DNA of 64,000 nt, taken from positions 15,561,360 to 15,625,359 of the forward strand of contig NC_043019.1 of the NCBI RefSeq assembly GCF_006345805.1, in the 5' to 3' direction. Under the pieces are notes generated by a model. That model was not told the DNA's origin. It did not search any database and saw only the letters and a program-made list of their open reading frames with translations. A program made the translations under genes and the position numbers. Below are positions 39,842 to 54,158 of this stretch, one piece after another. The stretch comes from Octopus sinensis (taxonomy: Eukaryota). Position 1 is the stretch's first letter; each line of letters starts with the position of its first letter.

Positions 39842-40494
39842 GTTCTATCGAATTAAATCATTGCCTGTGCTTACGTCTCTTTTCTTTAAGTCTTGGTACT
39901 TATTCTATCAGACTCTTTGCTGAACTGCTATGAGTGTAAACAAACCAACACCAGTTGTCAAATGATAGTGGTGGTGGAACAAACACACACACAGAATGAG
40001 CTTCCGCACAGTTTTCATCTACCAAATTCACTCACAAGGAATTCTTTGGCCTGGGGCTCCAGTAGATGACACTTGCCCAAGGTGCCATGCAGTGGGACTG
40101 AACCTGGAACCATGTGGTTGCAAAGCAAGCTTCTTAACCACACAGTCATACCTGTGCACCTATGCTTTGCTTTATTTTATTTTTTTTTTTACCATCATAA
40201 TATCTCACCTGATTCTGTAGCAATGTACTCATTTCTCTTTCAGTACACAACATAACATCGAGCCCTCCTCATACGAAAGCAAGCTTATAAACCAGCAAGA
40301 AACTTTAAACAATGTCAGAACTAAATCTACTTGCTGTGTTATTTAAATCTACTTTTCATTGCATATCTCCTATTTTTACCTGACCGTATCTCCAAAAGTT
40401 CACCTATCTCTCTTTTCTCTCCATCAGCTCACCTGTATCTCACAATTATCATACTTAATTATTACATATTTCTTAGTGGCTTCTTAAGCATAGC

Positions 40495-40533
<39 letters not shown>

Positions 40534-41566
40534 CCACTCTGCTTATTTTCCTCTTGTTTTCATTTTTGTTTCACTCTCTCTTCATTTCTATCTGTCAGTC
40601 TCTGTTTGTCTGTCTGTCTATCTTCACTTCTATCTGTAAGTCTCTGTCTCTCTCTCTCTCTGTCTGTCTCTCTCTCTCTCTATCTCTCTCTCTCTCTATC
40701 TCTCTCTCTCTCTCTCTCTAACTCTCTCTCTCTATCTATCTATCTAACCCTATCTATCTATCTTTACTTCTGTCTGTCTCTGACTCGCAACTAAACCATC
40801 CAGTCTACTCTCAGAAACTGTAAAATCCAAACAACCTACTAAAACACAAACAGCCCCCAACCTCTTCCCTAATTTATCTGCTGTCTACACTCACCACGGC
40901 CTCTCCCACCCCGCCCAGGCCCCAATACTGCAGGCACATTTTACATAGAACAATCTCAAGTAGATACTTGAATAATGATCACATGACTTAATCACTTGTG
41001 ACTACTAAAGCAATTACAACCTTATTACATATTACATCAAACTGTGTGTGTTTGTGTGTGAGTTTATATGTGGAAATATATATATATATATATCTATGTA
41101 CATACATACAGACAGACAGACAGACATAACATATCTATTTCATGCCTGTCAGGGAAACATGTAGTTGCTTGTCCTGCTAGATATAGCAGTCATATCTCAT
41201 TCAAATTATGCTGTACAAGGTTTAAAAATTAATGGACACATCATGCATTGTCATCTCTGATTTAAAAAAAAAAAGGTAAGAAGATTGTGACCCAAATGCT
41301 TTGGTCCTCTACAAATTACAGCTGCCCTTGGACTATTATTATTATTATTATTAAGGCAGCAAGTTGGCAGAACAGTTAGCAATCCGGGCAAAATGCTTAG
41401 TGGTATTGTTCTGAGTTCAAATTCTGTCAAGACCAACTTTGCTCTCAACCTTTTAGGGTTGATAAATTAAGTATCAGTGAAACACTGGGGTTGATGAAAT
41501 TAACTAGCCCACTCCCCCTAAATATCAGGCTTTGTGTCTTTAGTAGAAAGGATTATTATTATTATC

Positions 41567-42197
41567 CTTGTTTAACATTTGATAGTTTCAGGCACATTTC
41601 CACTTCATTACCTGCTCCACCTTCATGTTGCTGGGATGTGTGCAGCATTGTGTGTTCTTTTTTGTTGTTGGGGCAGTGCAAACTCTTCCTGGTATTGTTT
41701 TGAGTCAGTTTCTTTTTTTTATGGGGTATGGTGCAGTTTTTTTGTTGTATTAGTATTTGTATTGTGCTGTGTGTATAATGCGTTGGGTAATGAGTCTGCT
41801 GGTGGCAGTTTATTTCATTGGATATTTACTATATAGAGTGTGTCTTGTGTTTGTGGATTATTTTCTTTGGATTGTATTATTGAATTGATAGTGTCTTGCA
41901 TAGAATGTGGGCTGTTCACAGCAGGGCTATTTTTTGGATAGTGTGTAGTGTTGAGGAATTAGGCACAGCTTCTATGTTTTTGCTCATATGCTTTTTTATC
42001 AGATCCAATGCTCCACTTATTACTGGTATTGTTTTCACCTTCATGCTCCGCATCTTGAATACTTCAATTTCAAAGTCTTTGCACCTTGACAATTTCTCCA
42101 CTTCTTTTTGGACAATATTTTAGTCAGAAGGGATTGCAATGTCTATCAGTAAGCGGGTGTTTTTTTTCCAATCCTTGATTATTATGCCTGGGTGATT
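41567..42197 (-). pseudogene. R4/Dong-like (REL endonuclease) non-LTR retrotransposon 3' fragment
   Basis: NHPGIIIKDWKKNTRLLIDIAIPSD*NIVQKEVEKLSRCKDFEIEV..KVKTIPVISGAL..TIQKIALL corresponds to the PD..D..K REL motif and the typical R4 C-terminus. The 3' UTR runs to an (ATT)n tract. Confidence 0.8.
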
Positions 42198-43019
42198 ACA
42201 CACACACACACATATGATAGGCTTCTTTCAGTTTCTGCCTACCAAATCCTCTCACAAGGTTTTAGTTAGCTTGAGGCTATAGCAGAAGACACTTGCACAA
42301 GATGCCATGCAGTGGGACTGAACCTGGAACCATGTGGTTGATAAGCAAGCTACTTACCACACAACCACTCCTGCACCTGTGCATAGCTTTTTATCTTTTA
42401 CTTACTTCAGTCAATGGACTATGGACATGCTAAGGCACTGGCTTGAGTTTTATTCAAACAAATTAAGCCCAGTGCTTACACGGGCACAACACATACATAC
42501 ATATGCATGTATAAACACAATGGGCTTTCACAAGGTTTCTCTCTCCTAGCATAGCTAGAGTGTGTGCCATCCAGGGTAGGCCTTCCGTTTGCCCCCCCCC
42601 CCCGCCCTACAAAAAATACATATTGCGTCCAGCAGACCCAAAAGTGGTGCCCCATTAAAAGTGCTGCCTGGGGTAGACTGCCCCTACTTAGCTACACTAG
42701 TGTCTATTTCCCAAATTTACTCACAAGGCACTGGTTGGTCTGGGTCTATAGTAGAAGACACTGGCCAAAGGTGCTGTGCGATGGGACTGAACCTGAAATA
42801 ACACGGTTGCAGGTATATATGCGTGTTTGGAGCAAGAGAGAGATAGAAAGAGAGATCCTTCTCAGTAAGTTGTAGTATTTTGTCTTTAATGTCTGCTGAG
42901 CTTAGAATACATGTAAGTTAGAAACTGTGACAGACACACTCCAACTCACACATGTATATATATTGATGCTTGCATGTTGCGCACACATATATCAAATGAC
43001 ATGCACATGTACACACATA

Positions 43020-43468
43020 AATGCATACACAGGCATATATGCATTTACTCATACATGAAACATACATACACTCACATGCACAGATATATATGTGTATATA
43101 TATGTATATATATGTGTATATGTATAGTCATACACACACATACCAAATGACATATACTGTTATATATTTGCACACTTCTATACACACAAATACACATGCG
43201 TGTGCACACACACCAAATGACATATACTGTCTCACACTTACATGTGTGTGCACACAAATACATATAGACATACACATACACACATGAAAACATAGGCATA
43301 TGTGTATTCACTCCCACATGGAGACATACACTCACTTGCACAGATTTATATATATATATATAGGTATGTATGTATACATACACACACACACACCACACAC
43401 ATATATATATATATATATATATACATATATATACACACACACACATATATATATATATACATACATAC

Positions 43469-43511
<43 letters not shown>

Positions 43512-43570
43512 CACACACACACACATACACACACACACATATATATATATACACACACATGCACGCACAC
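43020..43570. repeat. Compound (CA)/(TA) microsatellite field; similar fields at ~47140-47480 and 52220-52530
   Basis: Alternating dinucleotide runs, which produce the YIYI/HTHT/CVCV ORFs in the track. Confidence 0.95.
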
Positions 43571-44028
43571 ACCCCTCCCGCACATCTTCATCTCTACATG
43601 CTACAACTTCATGGAATATATTATTCCATGTCACAACAATCATACAGAACATATCTTTTTCAAAGTGGTTTCTTTATCCTAATTAATTTTAAGCTTCTTT
43701 TTCCTTTCTAAATTCAATTGAATATTTTGAATAAGTTGGATTATTGTTGGGGTTTTTTGTTTTTTTGTTTTCACTGATTTTTAAGGATTATTGTCTAATT
43801 ACCGATTAATGGATTCTAAAATATTGGTAGAAAATTAATTCTATTCAAAATCTCTTAAGATATTCATTTCTTTTATTCTTTTACTTGTTTCAGTCATTAG
43901 GCTCTGGCCATGCTGGGGCACAGCCTTGAATAATTTTAGATAAATGCATTGACTCCAGTACTTTTTTAAAAAAAATCTGGTACTAATTCTGTTAGTTCCT
44001 TTTGCCATGCAGTGGGACTGAACACGTC

Positions 44029-44059
<31 letters not shown>

Positions 44060-44235
44060 CATACATAGGTGCAGGCATGGTTGTGTGGTAAAAGCTTGCT
44101 TCCCAACTACATGGTTCTGGGTTCAGTTCCACTGTGTGGCACTTTGGGCAAGTGTCTTCTACTATAGCCTTGGGCCGACCAAAGCCTCGTGAGTGGATTT
44201 AGTAGATAGAGACAGAAAGAGGCCCGTTGTATATA

Positions 44236-44266
<31 letters not shown>

Positions 44267-44509
44267 CTGAGAGTGTGACTCTGTCCACCCCTCCCATCAC
44301 AATTTGACAACCAGTGTTGGTGTGTTTATGTCCCTGTAACGTAGTGGTTCAGTAAAAGTAATTGATAGAATAAGTATCAGGATTTAGAAAGTACTGGGAT
44401 TGATACATTTGACTAAAAGATATTCAAGGCTGTGCCCCAGCATGGCCACAGTCTGATGACTGAAATGAGTAAAAGATAAAAGATACAACCACGCGAATGC
44501 CTGGCAATA

Positions 44510-44700
44510 TATTTTCACATTCAAAGTTAAGATTTCAGAATATTATCTAACTAGAAGTCAATCAAATTCATTTGTAAGTCTTCAAGTTGTTGGGAGACAT
44601 CAATGAGATATTGTTGAACAGTTGGTGTAAGTCTGAGCTCACATTTCAGCAGTTATCCATATGCATACATCTCTTTATTGCATTCATCAATGTGGAAACC
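44510..44700 (-). pseudogene. Possible hAT (Charlie/SPIN-like) transposase C-terminal remnant
   Basis: The minus frame reads LIDVSQQLEDLQMNLIDF*LDNILKS*, resembling the hAT pattern DV...P.ELQ.ELI.LQ.D..LK.KF. Short and degenerate. Confidence 0.35.
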
Positions 44701-46689
44701 TAGAACAGAAGAGCTGTGTATTCTTTCATGTCGTATGTAATTAATGATTTGTTTGTGTATTCTGTAAATTAATTAGCATTGCTAGTTCAAGAAAGTATCA
44801 AATTTGAAAGTTCTGACCAGACAAGAAGAAATATGAGAATGGTATACTTTTTTCAAAACGATTGTTAGTCATGTCTGTCACAGGGATGGTTCAGAAGTTT
44901 GCTTTGCGATCATATAGTTTTGGGTTCATTTCTACCGTGCAACCTGTGCTAGGGATGAGATGTCCAATAGTTTTTTAGCACGGGAACTTGCGTTCAACCT
45001 ATCACATCCCTGGAAATCAGTCTCCCTTGTATGTATGCATTCTTGCTCAGATTTTTTGTCTAACAAACAGTTTTCTAATTGCTGATTGTCATAACATAAT
45101 GCTTATCCAAGGAAAATGAGTTATGAATGCTTTTCTTCTTCACTGGAATCTTTCATCATCATCATTTAATGTCTGTTGTCCATGCTGGCATGGGTTGGAT
45201 GGTTTGATCAGAGTCGGCAAGCTGGAGAGCTGCACCAGACCCCAGTCTGATTTGGCATGATTTCTACAGCTGGATGCCCTTCCTAATGCCAACCACATTG
45301 CAAAATGTGCTGGGTGCTTTTATGTGGCCCCTGCATGAGCACTCTTATTTGGCACTGGCATGGGTCCTTTTTGCATGGCACTGGCACAAGGCTCTTGCAA
45401 GCCAATCTTCTTCACCAGTAGAAGCTCTCTTAATACTTCTACTGTGGAGTACAGGCCTTCTTGAGTACAGTAAGGCACCTTTCTGTACATCTCAGTTCTT
45501 TGTCATCTTGTCTAAAATCTAGTGGGATGTACTGAAGGCCCAAAACAACAATTACAGTTACAATAGCATGTCCTCTACCATAGCCTCAGGGCAGCTTAAG
45601 TCTTGCAAGGGGAAATTGCATAGACAGGAACCATGCACAAATCCATCAGATGGTGCACATGTTGTTGGGTGGAATATTGAATCCATTACTATGTTTTAAC
45701 ATTACTACGTGGTCCTCATATGTCTTTGATATTGCCCACTATATTGCAAGCATTTGGACAAAGTCTCCTGTCTGAGAAGAATTCAAGATTCATGATTTCT
45801 TTCTTGCTTTTCCCTAACAGTTTAGAAACCTTACAAAAAGGAAAAAAGCCATAGACTCTGCCCTTCCTCCTCTGTCTTAGCCTTGATATATATATATGTG
45901 TGTGTATAGTGTCGTGTATCATATATATGTAGTATAAATTTCAACTCTTTTAAGTATTATAATTTTAGTTGTTTTAAATCATACTAAATGTGTTGAGTGC
46001 ACTTTTCTTTCGTTTGTCCACTCACACGTGTGTGTGTGTGTGTGTATGCTCATTCACAGGGCAATGATTGAGCTGGGGCTACAGTAGAAGACACTTGTCT
46101 AAAGTGCTATGCAGTGGGACTGAACCTGAGACCATGCAGTAGCAAAGTGAGCTTCTTCATCACACGGCCATGCCTGTGCCTATAAAAAGGAAATAAAAAG
46201 AAGATTTCTAAAAAATAATTTTTTTTTTGTAGTGAAACAAATTACATTCATGAAAGCTGTTTTAATAGTTGAAATTTAAAAGTACGAAATGCTACAACTA
46301 GTACTGTACAAGGTCACTTGTCAGTTTAAGGTTGTGTGCACTAATGACACAAATACATATATTTGAATGAATTATCATTCCACACCCGACCATTGTAGTG
46401 AACCGGCAATGAAAAGAATGGGTGGAGGGTGAGAAAAAAAAAACCCTATTGCTAACACTAGTTAAGTGATTCGTGGGTATTTGACCTGCTAGAAATAGTA
46501 GCCAAATCTCTCTTAAATCAAAGTGTACTGTCTTTGATTAAAATCGAAAATTCTGAAGGACATGTTCGACAGAAAATGTGGAACTAGGTATACAAAATGA
46601 TGTCGGAACTGGTGGGTCAAGGTTGGAATCGCCTCTTGTTGATTGTTGGTCTGTTGAGCCAGTGCTAACTGGAGCTAAACTTGCCACTC

Positions 46690-46845
46690 TCACTGCCACC
46701 ACCACCATCATTACCACCACTACCACAACTACTACTACCACCACCACCATCACTACCACTACTACTACTACTACAGTGACTACTAAAACTACTATTACTA
46801 CCACCACTACCAACGCCACCGCTACTACTACTACTACTACTACTA
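46690..46845. repeat. (ACC/ACT)n trinucleotide microsatellite
   Basis: Mixed ACC/ACT run giving poly-Thr (+) and poly-Val (-) ORFs. Confidence 0.9.
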
Positions 46846-47180
46846 AAATAGACATGTTACACAACTTTGAGGTTTTGTGTCAGTAAAATGGCAAGTCATG
46901 TAAAAAACAAAACAAAAATAAAAGCAAAAAAAAAGACATAAAAATCATAAAAAACCTGCTTAAAATTTCCGGTCTAGTTAGTTTGTTGTAATAAGTTGAC
47001 TCTTTGGTGTGGAGAGAAACTATATTGCAGTCTGAGAAATTAGTAAATTGCCAAACAATATACCTCCTCCTCATTGATTCATTGATTTCCAATGTTCAAT
47101 AATTTACGGTAGAAACTGAAATCACAATTATAGTATTATAGTATCTAACTTTTAATTCTATTGATATATATATATATATA

Positions 47181-47242
<62 letters not shown>

Positions 47243-47405
47243 TATATATATATATATAGACATATATATATATATATATATATAGACATATATATATAGA
47301 CACATACATACATACACACACACACACATATATATGCATAGATATATACACACACAAATATCTAAATATGATCTATATAAAATATATATACACATATAAT
47401 GTACA

Positions 47406-47445
<40 letters not shown>

Positions 47446-47529
47446 CATACATATTTATATATGTATAAATATACACTCACACATGTGTATAATATAAAAT
47501 TTACATAAGGTGGGTTGTATGTATTTGTC

Positions 47530-47572
<43 letters not shown>

Positions 47573-48059
47573 ATACATACACACACACACAACTGAGAAA
47601 GTTAACAGACTTCAAAGCCATTTAAATACCATAATAATAATTTAAATTCTTGAAATTAGAGATAAAGGGTGTTAATTTTCGGTGTGTGTGTGTTTGTGTG
47701 AATAACTAAATTGGAAAATGTTCCATCAATGCAATGATTACCAATTTTCTGTCACTGTGGTAGTGGTTATTATTTTAGCCTGAAGTCACTCCTGGCCTGT
47801 GACCAAAAATATTCCATCACCACCATTCGATTGCATAACAAAATTCTTCACTATAACAGCAGCTTTCGCTATTTAGCTGTGGTCGTGTGGTTGGGTGATT
47901 GACTCTGGTTGTTGGTGGGAATTGAATCCTCTGGTGGAATTTGAACTCGACATCATCCTAGAATGAAACATTTGAGCACAGCTGTTTGAATGCTTATTAT
48001 TTGGCATGACTGACAGGGTATTCGGCCTGTTTTGGCACACACATACACACACACATTCA

Positions 48060-48529
48060 CATACAGGTAAAGAGAATGAGATGAAGAGCACGAAAGACAT
48101 TACTATTTGTGGACGTGGTAGACCCAGGAAGACATGCGATGGAGTGGTGAGAAAGGATCTGCAGATGCAGGGCCTCAATGAGGTAATGACAAGGAAATGG
48201 GAGTTGTGGAAATTTGTTGTACTCAAGAAGACGAATCAATCCTAGTAAAATTGCTGTCATCCATACATACAGGCTTGTCCTTTACAGGTGCTGGTGGCAC
48301 ATAACATGCACTCGTACTGGTGCTGCATAAATGCACCTGTGCTGGTGGCACGTAAAAAGCATTCACCACACTCTGTAAAGAGGTTGGTGTTAGGAAGGAT
48401 ATCCACTGATATAAACTGTGCCACAAGAGGCAATTAGAATCTGGACAGCTCCCTGATAGGTCAGCTCTTGTCAGACCACCCAGTCCATGCCAGCATGGAA
48501 AACGGATGCTAAATGATGATGATAATGAC
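48060..48529 (+). mobile_element. 5'-truncated RTE LINE: ORF C-terminus running into the family C 3' UTR and (GAT)n tail
   Basis: GRGRPRKTCDGVVRKDLQMQGLNEVMTRKWELWK is the RTE C-terminal motif (GRP+.TW...V..DL). It is directly followed by the family C sequence. Confidence 0.85.
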
Positions 48530-51095
48530 TAGCATAAACACTTTCCCTCTCCTCATACACATAAAGTGAAATGTGCTGACATAAGTCAGAGGGAGAGAGG
48601 GAGGAAGAGATAGAGAGAGAGAAGTAGAGAGAGAGAGAGATAGGAGAAGAGAATGAGAGAAACATTAAGATGCCTGTCGTTAAAATTAGTTGGCATTCAA
48701 TCAGCAATGCCGAAGAAGCAGCACCAAAATGACTATCATGAAACATCTCATATCCTTATCATGATCAGTTTTGACGACAACTTTCCATGTTGGCATGGGT
48801 TAAAAGAAGCTCATATTTTGGGGCAGAGTTTTCTATGGTTAGATGCCCTTTCTCTTGTGAACTCTCAACTATTTTTCAAAAGTGGCAAAGCAGCTGGTGA
48901 GCTTGCACTTAATTAGGATGACCTTCGTTATAGTGTCATCAACGCACTTCAGGTGTATGATACATGATGACAATGAGGTGTGTGTTTAAGGCTTTGATTG
49001 GCCCAGGGTTAAAGTAGAACCCACTTATGTACTATGCCGTGGGACTGAACCTGAAACCACATAGTTGGCAAGTGAACTTCTTAACCAGACAGCCATATCT
49101 GTGCACCTGTAGATATATAATTTAAATTGTTCGAGGTGTGTGTCTTGAAATAAGTTAATTGTTATTTAGCCACAGGTCACTCCTAGTTGTGCTGACTTAC
49201 AAGCATTGAATTCCAGCAATGACCATCCCATCTTTTATTCATACAGTTTATATTCTTTTTTTTTATTGTTTACTGATAGGGGAAATGTGATGTGCAGGAG
49301 AAATTTTACTATGATTTCTAGCATATCAAGCAATGATGTTTTAAATCCTCCTTGTTAGATTAGCTGAAATGAAGGTTAGTTAAAAGTGGATGTATATAAT
49401 TTATCCCTTTTAACGCTAAAAAAAAAAATAATTCTTATCTCATTTTAATTAATGAACACAAAATAATCCTGTTGTCAATAAATTTTGTTTCACAAAATTA
49501 ATTAAAACTTTTAAATTCTTGGCAAATTGTGCAAGGAACTGTATTTGTGAATTGATTGAATTAAGTTCGTTAAAGACCAACATTACAGCACTTCATCTTA
49601 CAGTATCAAGTTTGTTGTGTTTAGCCCCAGGTAGCATTGATTGACAATCAAAACTATGATGAAAGGCATTTTAATCATAGCTAACCCTACCTAAATTGGG
49701 AATTTTTTTCTTAAAGAGATAAATGATGTCTAGCTCTACCTGTCTTTCATATATACATTTGTTGTTTTTTTTTAAAAACTAGGATGGCTTAAGGGGCATT
49801 TGGCTATTATTTCTAACAGTTTGTGTTATGACATAGAGGCTCTTGCATTGCCTTGGCTGAAGTTTAGCGTTGTCCTTTAGGATTTAAAGACCATCAGTGA
49901 GCAGAGAATCGTTAGCATACTGGGCAAAATGTTTAGTGGCATTATCTTCTGGCTTTATGTTCTGAGTTCAAATTTCACTGAGGTCGACTTTGCTTTTCAT
50001 CCTCTTGGGGGTTGATAAAATAAGGAGCAGTTTGAGCATTGGGCTCGATGTAATCGATTAGCCCCCTCCTTCAAAATTTCAAGCCTTATGCCTATAATAG
50101 GAAGGTTATCTTGTTTTAATTTTATGTTGTCTCCTTTGCCAATCATTAGATTCTGCCCATACTGGGGCACCACCTTGAAGAATTTTTTAGGTAAAATCAA
50201 CCCAAGTACTTATTTATTTATTCAAGTCTGATGCTTATTCTATCAGTCTTTTTGCTGAACCGCTAAGTTAAGGGGTCATAAAGACACCAACACCAGTTGT
50301 CAGTTGGTGGTGGGAGACAAACACAGACACAAAGAAACACAAACATACACACACACAATATACAGTGGGCTTCTTTCAGTTTCTGCCTACCAAATCTACT
50401 CACAAGACTTTGGTTGGTCAAGGCCTATAGTAGAAGACATTTGCCCAAGGTGCCACGCAGTGGGTCTGAACTTGGAACTATGTGGTTGAGAAGCAAACTT
50501 TTTTAGCCTTCGCTACCATCTGCTGCTGCCTAGCAACAGCATATCCACTAAAACAATCTCACTAAATAGCCATGTTGTGGCAGGAAACTATCACCTCATT
50601 GACAGCAACATTTCTCTAAATATTTTCTGTGCTCTTCACAGCAAGCTGTGTTTGTTTGGCTGTTGCTACTATTGGTATTGATATTCCTGAGTTTTGTGTT
50701 TTTTTAATATCCTGAAGGAGACAAGCTTTACTTGCAGCCTATAGTGAGGCCCTCTTGGGGTAATAAAAAAAATTGAAGGAAAAAGAGAAAAATAAGGGGT
50801 TTGGTTGAGTTAAGTACAGTCAGTGAAGATTTAGGATGTAATGTTTTCAGAAGACAGGGGAAAGGAAGAGGATTTCCCCTTGCAGTAGTGTTTAGTATGA
50901 AGGGGGTAGAGGTAAATGGGGGTGGGGAAATGTTGAAAGGGGTTAGGACCTTAGACAGTTCAGAAGATGGGAAAACAGGGGCCAGGGCTAGCAAGTTTAA
51001 AATAGCAAACCCTTTTTACTAGAAGATATCAGTAGGGAAGAGGTATTTAAGCATATGATTAGCTTCATGAAAATATAATATTGTAAAGAAATATA

Positions 51096-51329
51096 CAGGG
51101 TTGGCCAAAAGTCAGCTGACTGTAAATCAAAACCATTTAATTCCAAGATTTATTTATGTTTAACAACTGAATGAATTTAATAAAAGCATCTAAATATGAA
51201 ACATCAGGAAAATTGTTCAAACTGAAGTCCTTCTCAAGCGACACATTTTTCCCACTCGAATCAATACAGAATTACTGATAGTATTTATATAATTTTAATT
51301 TACTGTCGGGTGACTTTTGGCCAACCCTG
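51096..51329. mobile_element. Tc1/mariner-type MITE, intact
   Basis: Perfect 19-bp TIR CAGGGTTGGCCAAAAGTCA (about 29 bp with mismatches), with TA at 51094-51095 and 51330-51331. Confidence 0.9.
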
Positions 51330-52279
51330 TATTATTTAGGAACAGACATGGTTGGGGTTCAATCTCACTGCATGCCATCACCTTGGGCAAGTGATTTCTG
51401 CTTTTGGTGATTTGATTCATTCATCTGAAATCAATTGGCTGAAACTAGAAGTGATCTCATGTGGTGGGGAAAGCATTCATCTCTTCAGTCAGCTTTGTGA
51501 GTGGATTTGGTTGATGGAAACTGAAAGAAGCCTGTTTTATATCATCATCATCACCATCATCATACATCTGTTTTCCATGCTGGCATGGGTTGGACGGTTT
51601 GATAGGAGCTCTCCAGCTGAAGAGCTGCCTGGGATCCATGTCTGTTTCGATCTGTTTCTATGGCTGGATGCCCTTCCTAATGCCAACCACTTTACAGAGT
51701 GTACTGAGTGCTTTTACATGACACCAGTATGGGTGCTTTTTATGTGACACCAGCACCCACAAGCCCTTAAGATTAGGAACACTCAGCAGAAGAGGGATGC
51801 AGGGAACACACACACACATACAGTATATCTTATGCATACAAATAGATGTATGACTAATACACTCACACACATACACACACATAGTGTGCTTCCACATAGT
51901 TTCCATCTGCCAGATTTCACTCTCTAAGCATTGGTCAACAAAAGACTATAGCTGAAGACATTTGCCCAAGATGCTGTGCAGTGGAAACAAGCCTAGAATC
52001 ACTGGGTCATAAAATGGGCTTCTTTACACTACAGTTCCGCTTGTGCCCATTTTCGTGTACTTTATCCTGACTTCATCCAAATTCTTTAAATATTCCTACT
52101 TCAGTCTGTAAAATGACGCTTCAGTGCATTGAAAATTCCAGACATTTTTGTAATTTCCATTTTTATTTATTTTATCTTTTTTTTTTAAGTCAGAAATTTC
52201 AAGCCGCAGTGTAATTTATTAGTAACACATACACATATATGTATATGTATGTATGGGTGTGTATGTGTATATAGACATG

Positions 52280-52314
<35 letters not shown>

Positions 52315-52315
52315 G

Positions 52316-52352
<37 letters not shown>

Positions 52353-54101
52353 ACATGTATATACATATATGCATATAAGTGTATATGTGTGTATATGTAT
52401 GTATATATGTGTGTGTGTGTGTGTACATGTATATACATATATGCATATAAGTGTATATGTGTGTATATGTATATTCATATATGCATATAAGTGTATGTGT
52501 ATATGTATGTATGCATACACACACACAAACACTAGTACTGTTAGATGAGAGGAAAATTACTCAGTACTTGATGTAGAGTATAGCTGATTTAATTCAGTCA
52601 TCTGAAAACCTTTGGCTGAAACTAGAAAAGACTTCATGTGTTCTGGGGTGATGGTGGGGCAGCGCTCATCTCATCAGCCAGCCATTGTTACATTCATTTG
52701 ATAGATGCTTCATACCAGTTCTATATTATAGTGTAGGCTCCTGTACAACACCCAAAAGTAGTGATTTAGCAAAATCATTAGTGATGGATAGTATCTCATG
52801 TCGTATTTATTCTGAATGTTTGTGTTTTGAGTTCAAATCACACAGAATCAACTTTGGCTTTCATCCCTTTTGGTGGTGAAATGCTTAACAGTATTTCATT
52901 TGCTGCTGCGTTCTGAGTTCAAATTCTGCCAAGGTTGACTTTGCCTTTCATCTTTTTGGGGTCGATACATTAAGTACCAGTTGCATACTGGAGTCGATCT
53001 AATCAACTGGCCCCCTCCCCCAAAATTTCGGGGCTTATGCATATAATTTGCTGTTTCCATACCATTCACATACAATGTGGTGTCAATGAAATAGGTGTCA
53101 TTGAAGGACATTGGATTTGTGGAACTGTTAGAAGATCAGGTCAGATGCCTTGTAGACCAGATCTGGGTCTTTGCATTCTGTCATCAGTGCTTGTGATGAC
53201 ATTAGTTCCAAGCTGTATCAGCTCAAGTTGGTGGCCTTTCATTTGGATAAACACTAGAGGCATGGAGCTGGGGAGACTGGCGTGCATGACCAACAGCTAG
53301 TGTTCCTCAGAAATATCTTACTCAGGCTTGTGTATACCTGTACAGATTCATGGTTAACATTGGCTGAGAGAAGCTCTACAACTCTCAGTATCATATAATA
53401 TCCTGATGACAGTCCTATGCAACCTTCAGCTCTTGAGCAGCCCATCTAAGGGAAGGTAACTCTGTACAACTCCTGCAGGCTTGTGGCACTTGTTGAACTA
53501 GACTAATACAGTTTTGAAAGTTGAGACAGTGGGACTGGTTCTGCGCAGACACTGCCCACATTAATAATATTATTCATCATGCAAGTTGTTCAGCCATCTT
53601 ACTGAACCCTCATCCATTAAAGCAATGAGACAGTCTACCACCGCCATATATAGATAAAATTTTTTATATTTCTTTATCCTGCTGAACCTCTCAAAACTAG
53701 ACACCAATATCTAAGCATTATCCAACCCTAATTAGGTTACCACTGAAGAAAGCTGAACAATGCCAAAGTAAGCGATCTCCAAAGACTATGAACCTACAAA
53801 CACATTCCACTTTACAAGAATGAAGAACAACTCAGAAGAATGAGATTAAGATATAAGAAATTCACAATTGAGCATAACACGTGTCTCCCGATATATCAAT
53901 AAAGAAATTCATTTTCATTATAGCGGTTCATATATTAATTTTCAGTTTCTATTTTTATATATTTTCATTTATTCTTTTATTCATTTGCTTTTTCATCATT
54001 TTTTATGATACTGTTTTTTATGTTGTTTTATAATTTATTTTTCTTATTCATCTTTTATTTAACGTTTTTTTGTTGCTTACTCTCACATTTCTTTTTAAAT
54101 T

Positions 54102-54156
<55 letters not shown>

Positions 54157-54158
<2 letters not shown>

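Noticed and set aside
43021-43711. Overlapping long ORFs (up to 166 aa) on both strands
   Set aside because: They are translations of CA/TA microsatellites. The same holds for ORFs at 47096-47476, 52185-52548 and most others in the track.
46538-46886. Mucin-like poly-Thr ORF (+) and S/T/P-rich ORF (-)
   Set aside because: Both are driven by a trinucleotide repeat. The ~150-bp unique flank lacks a good acceptor on either strand.
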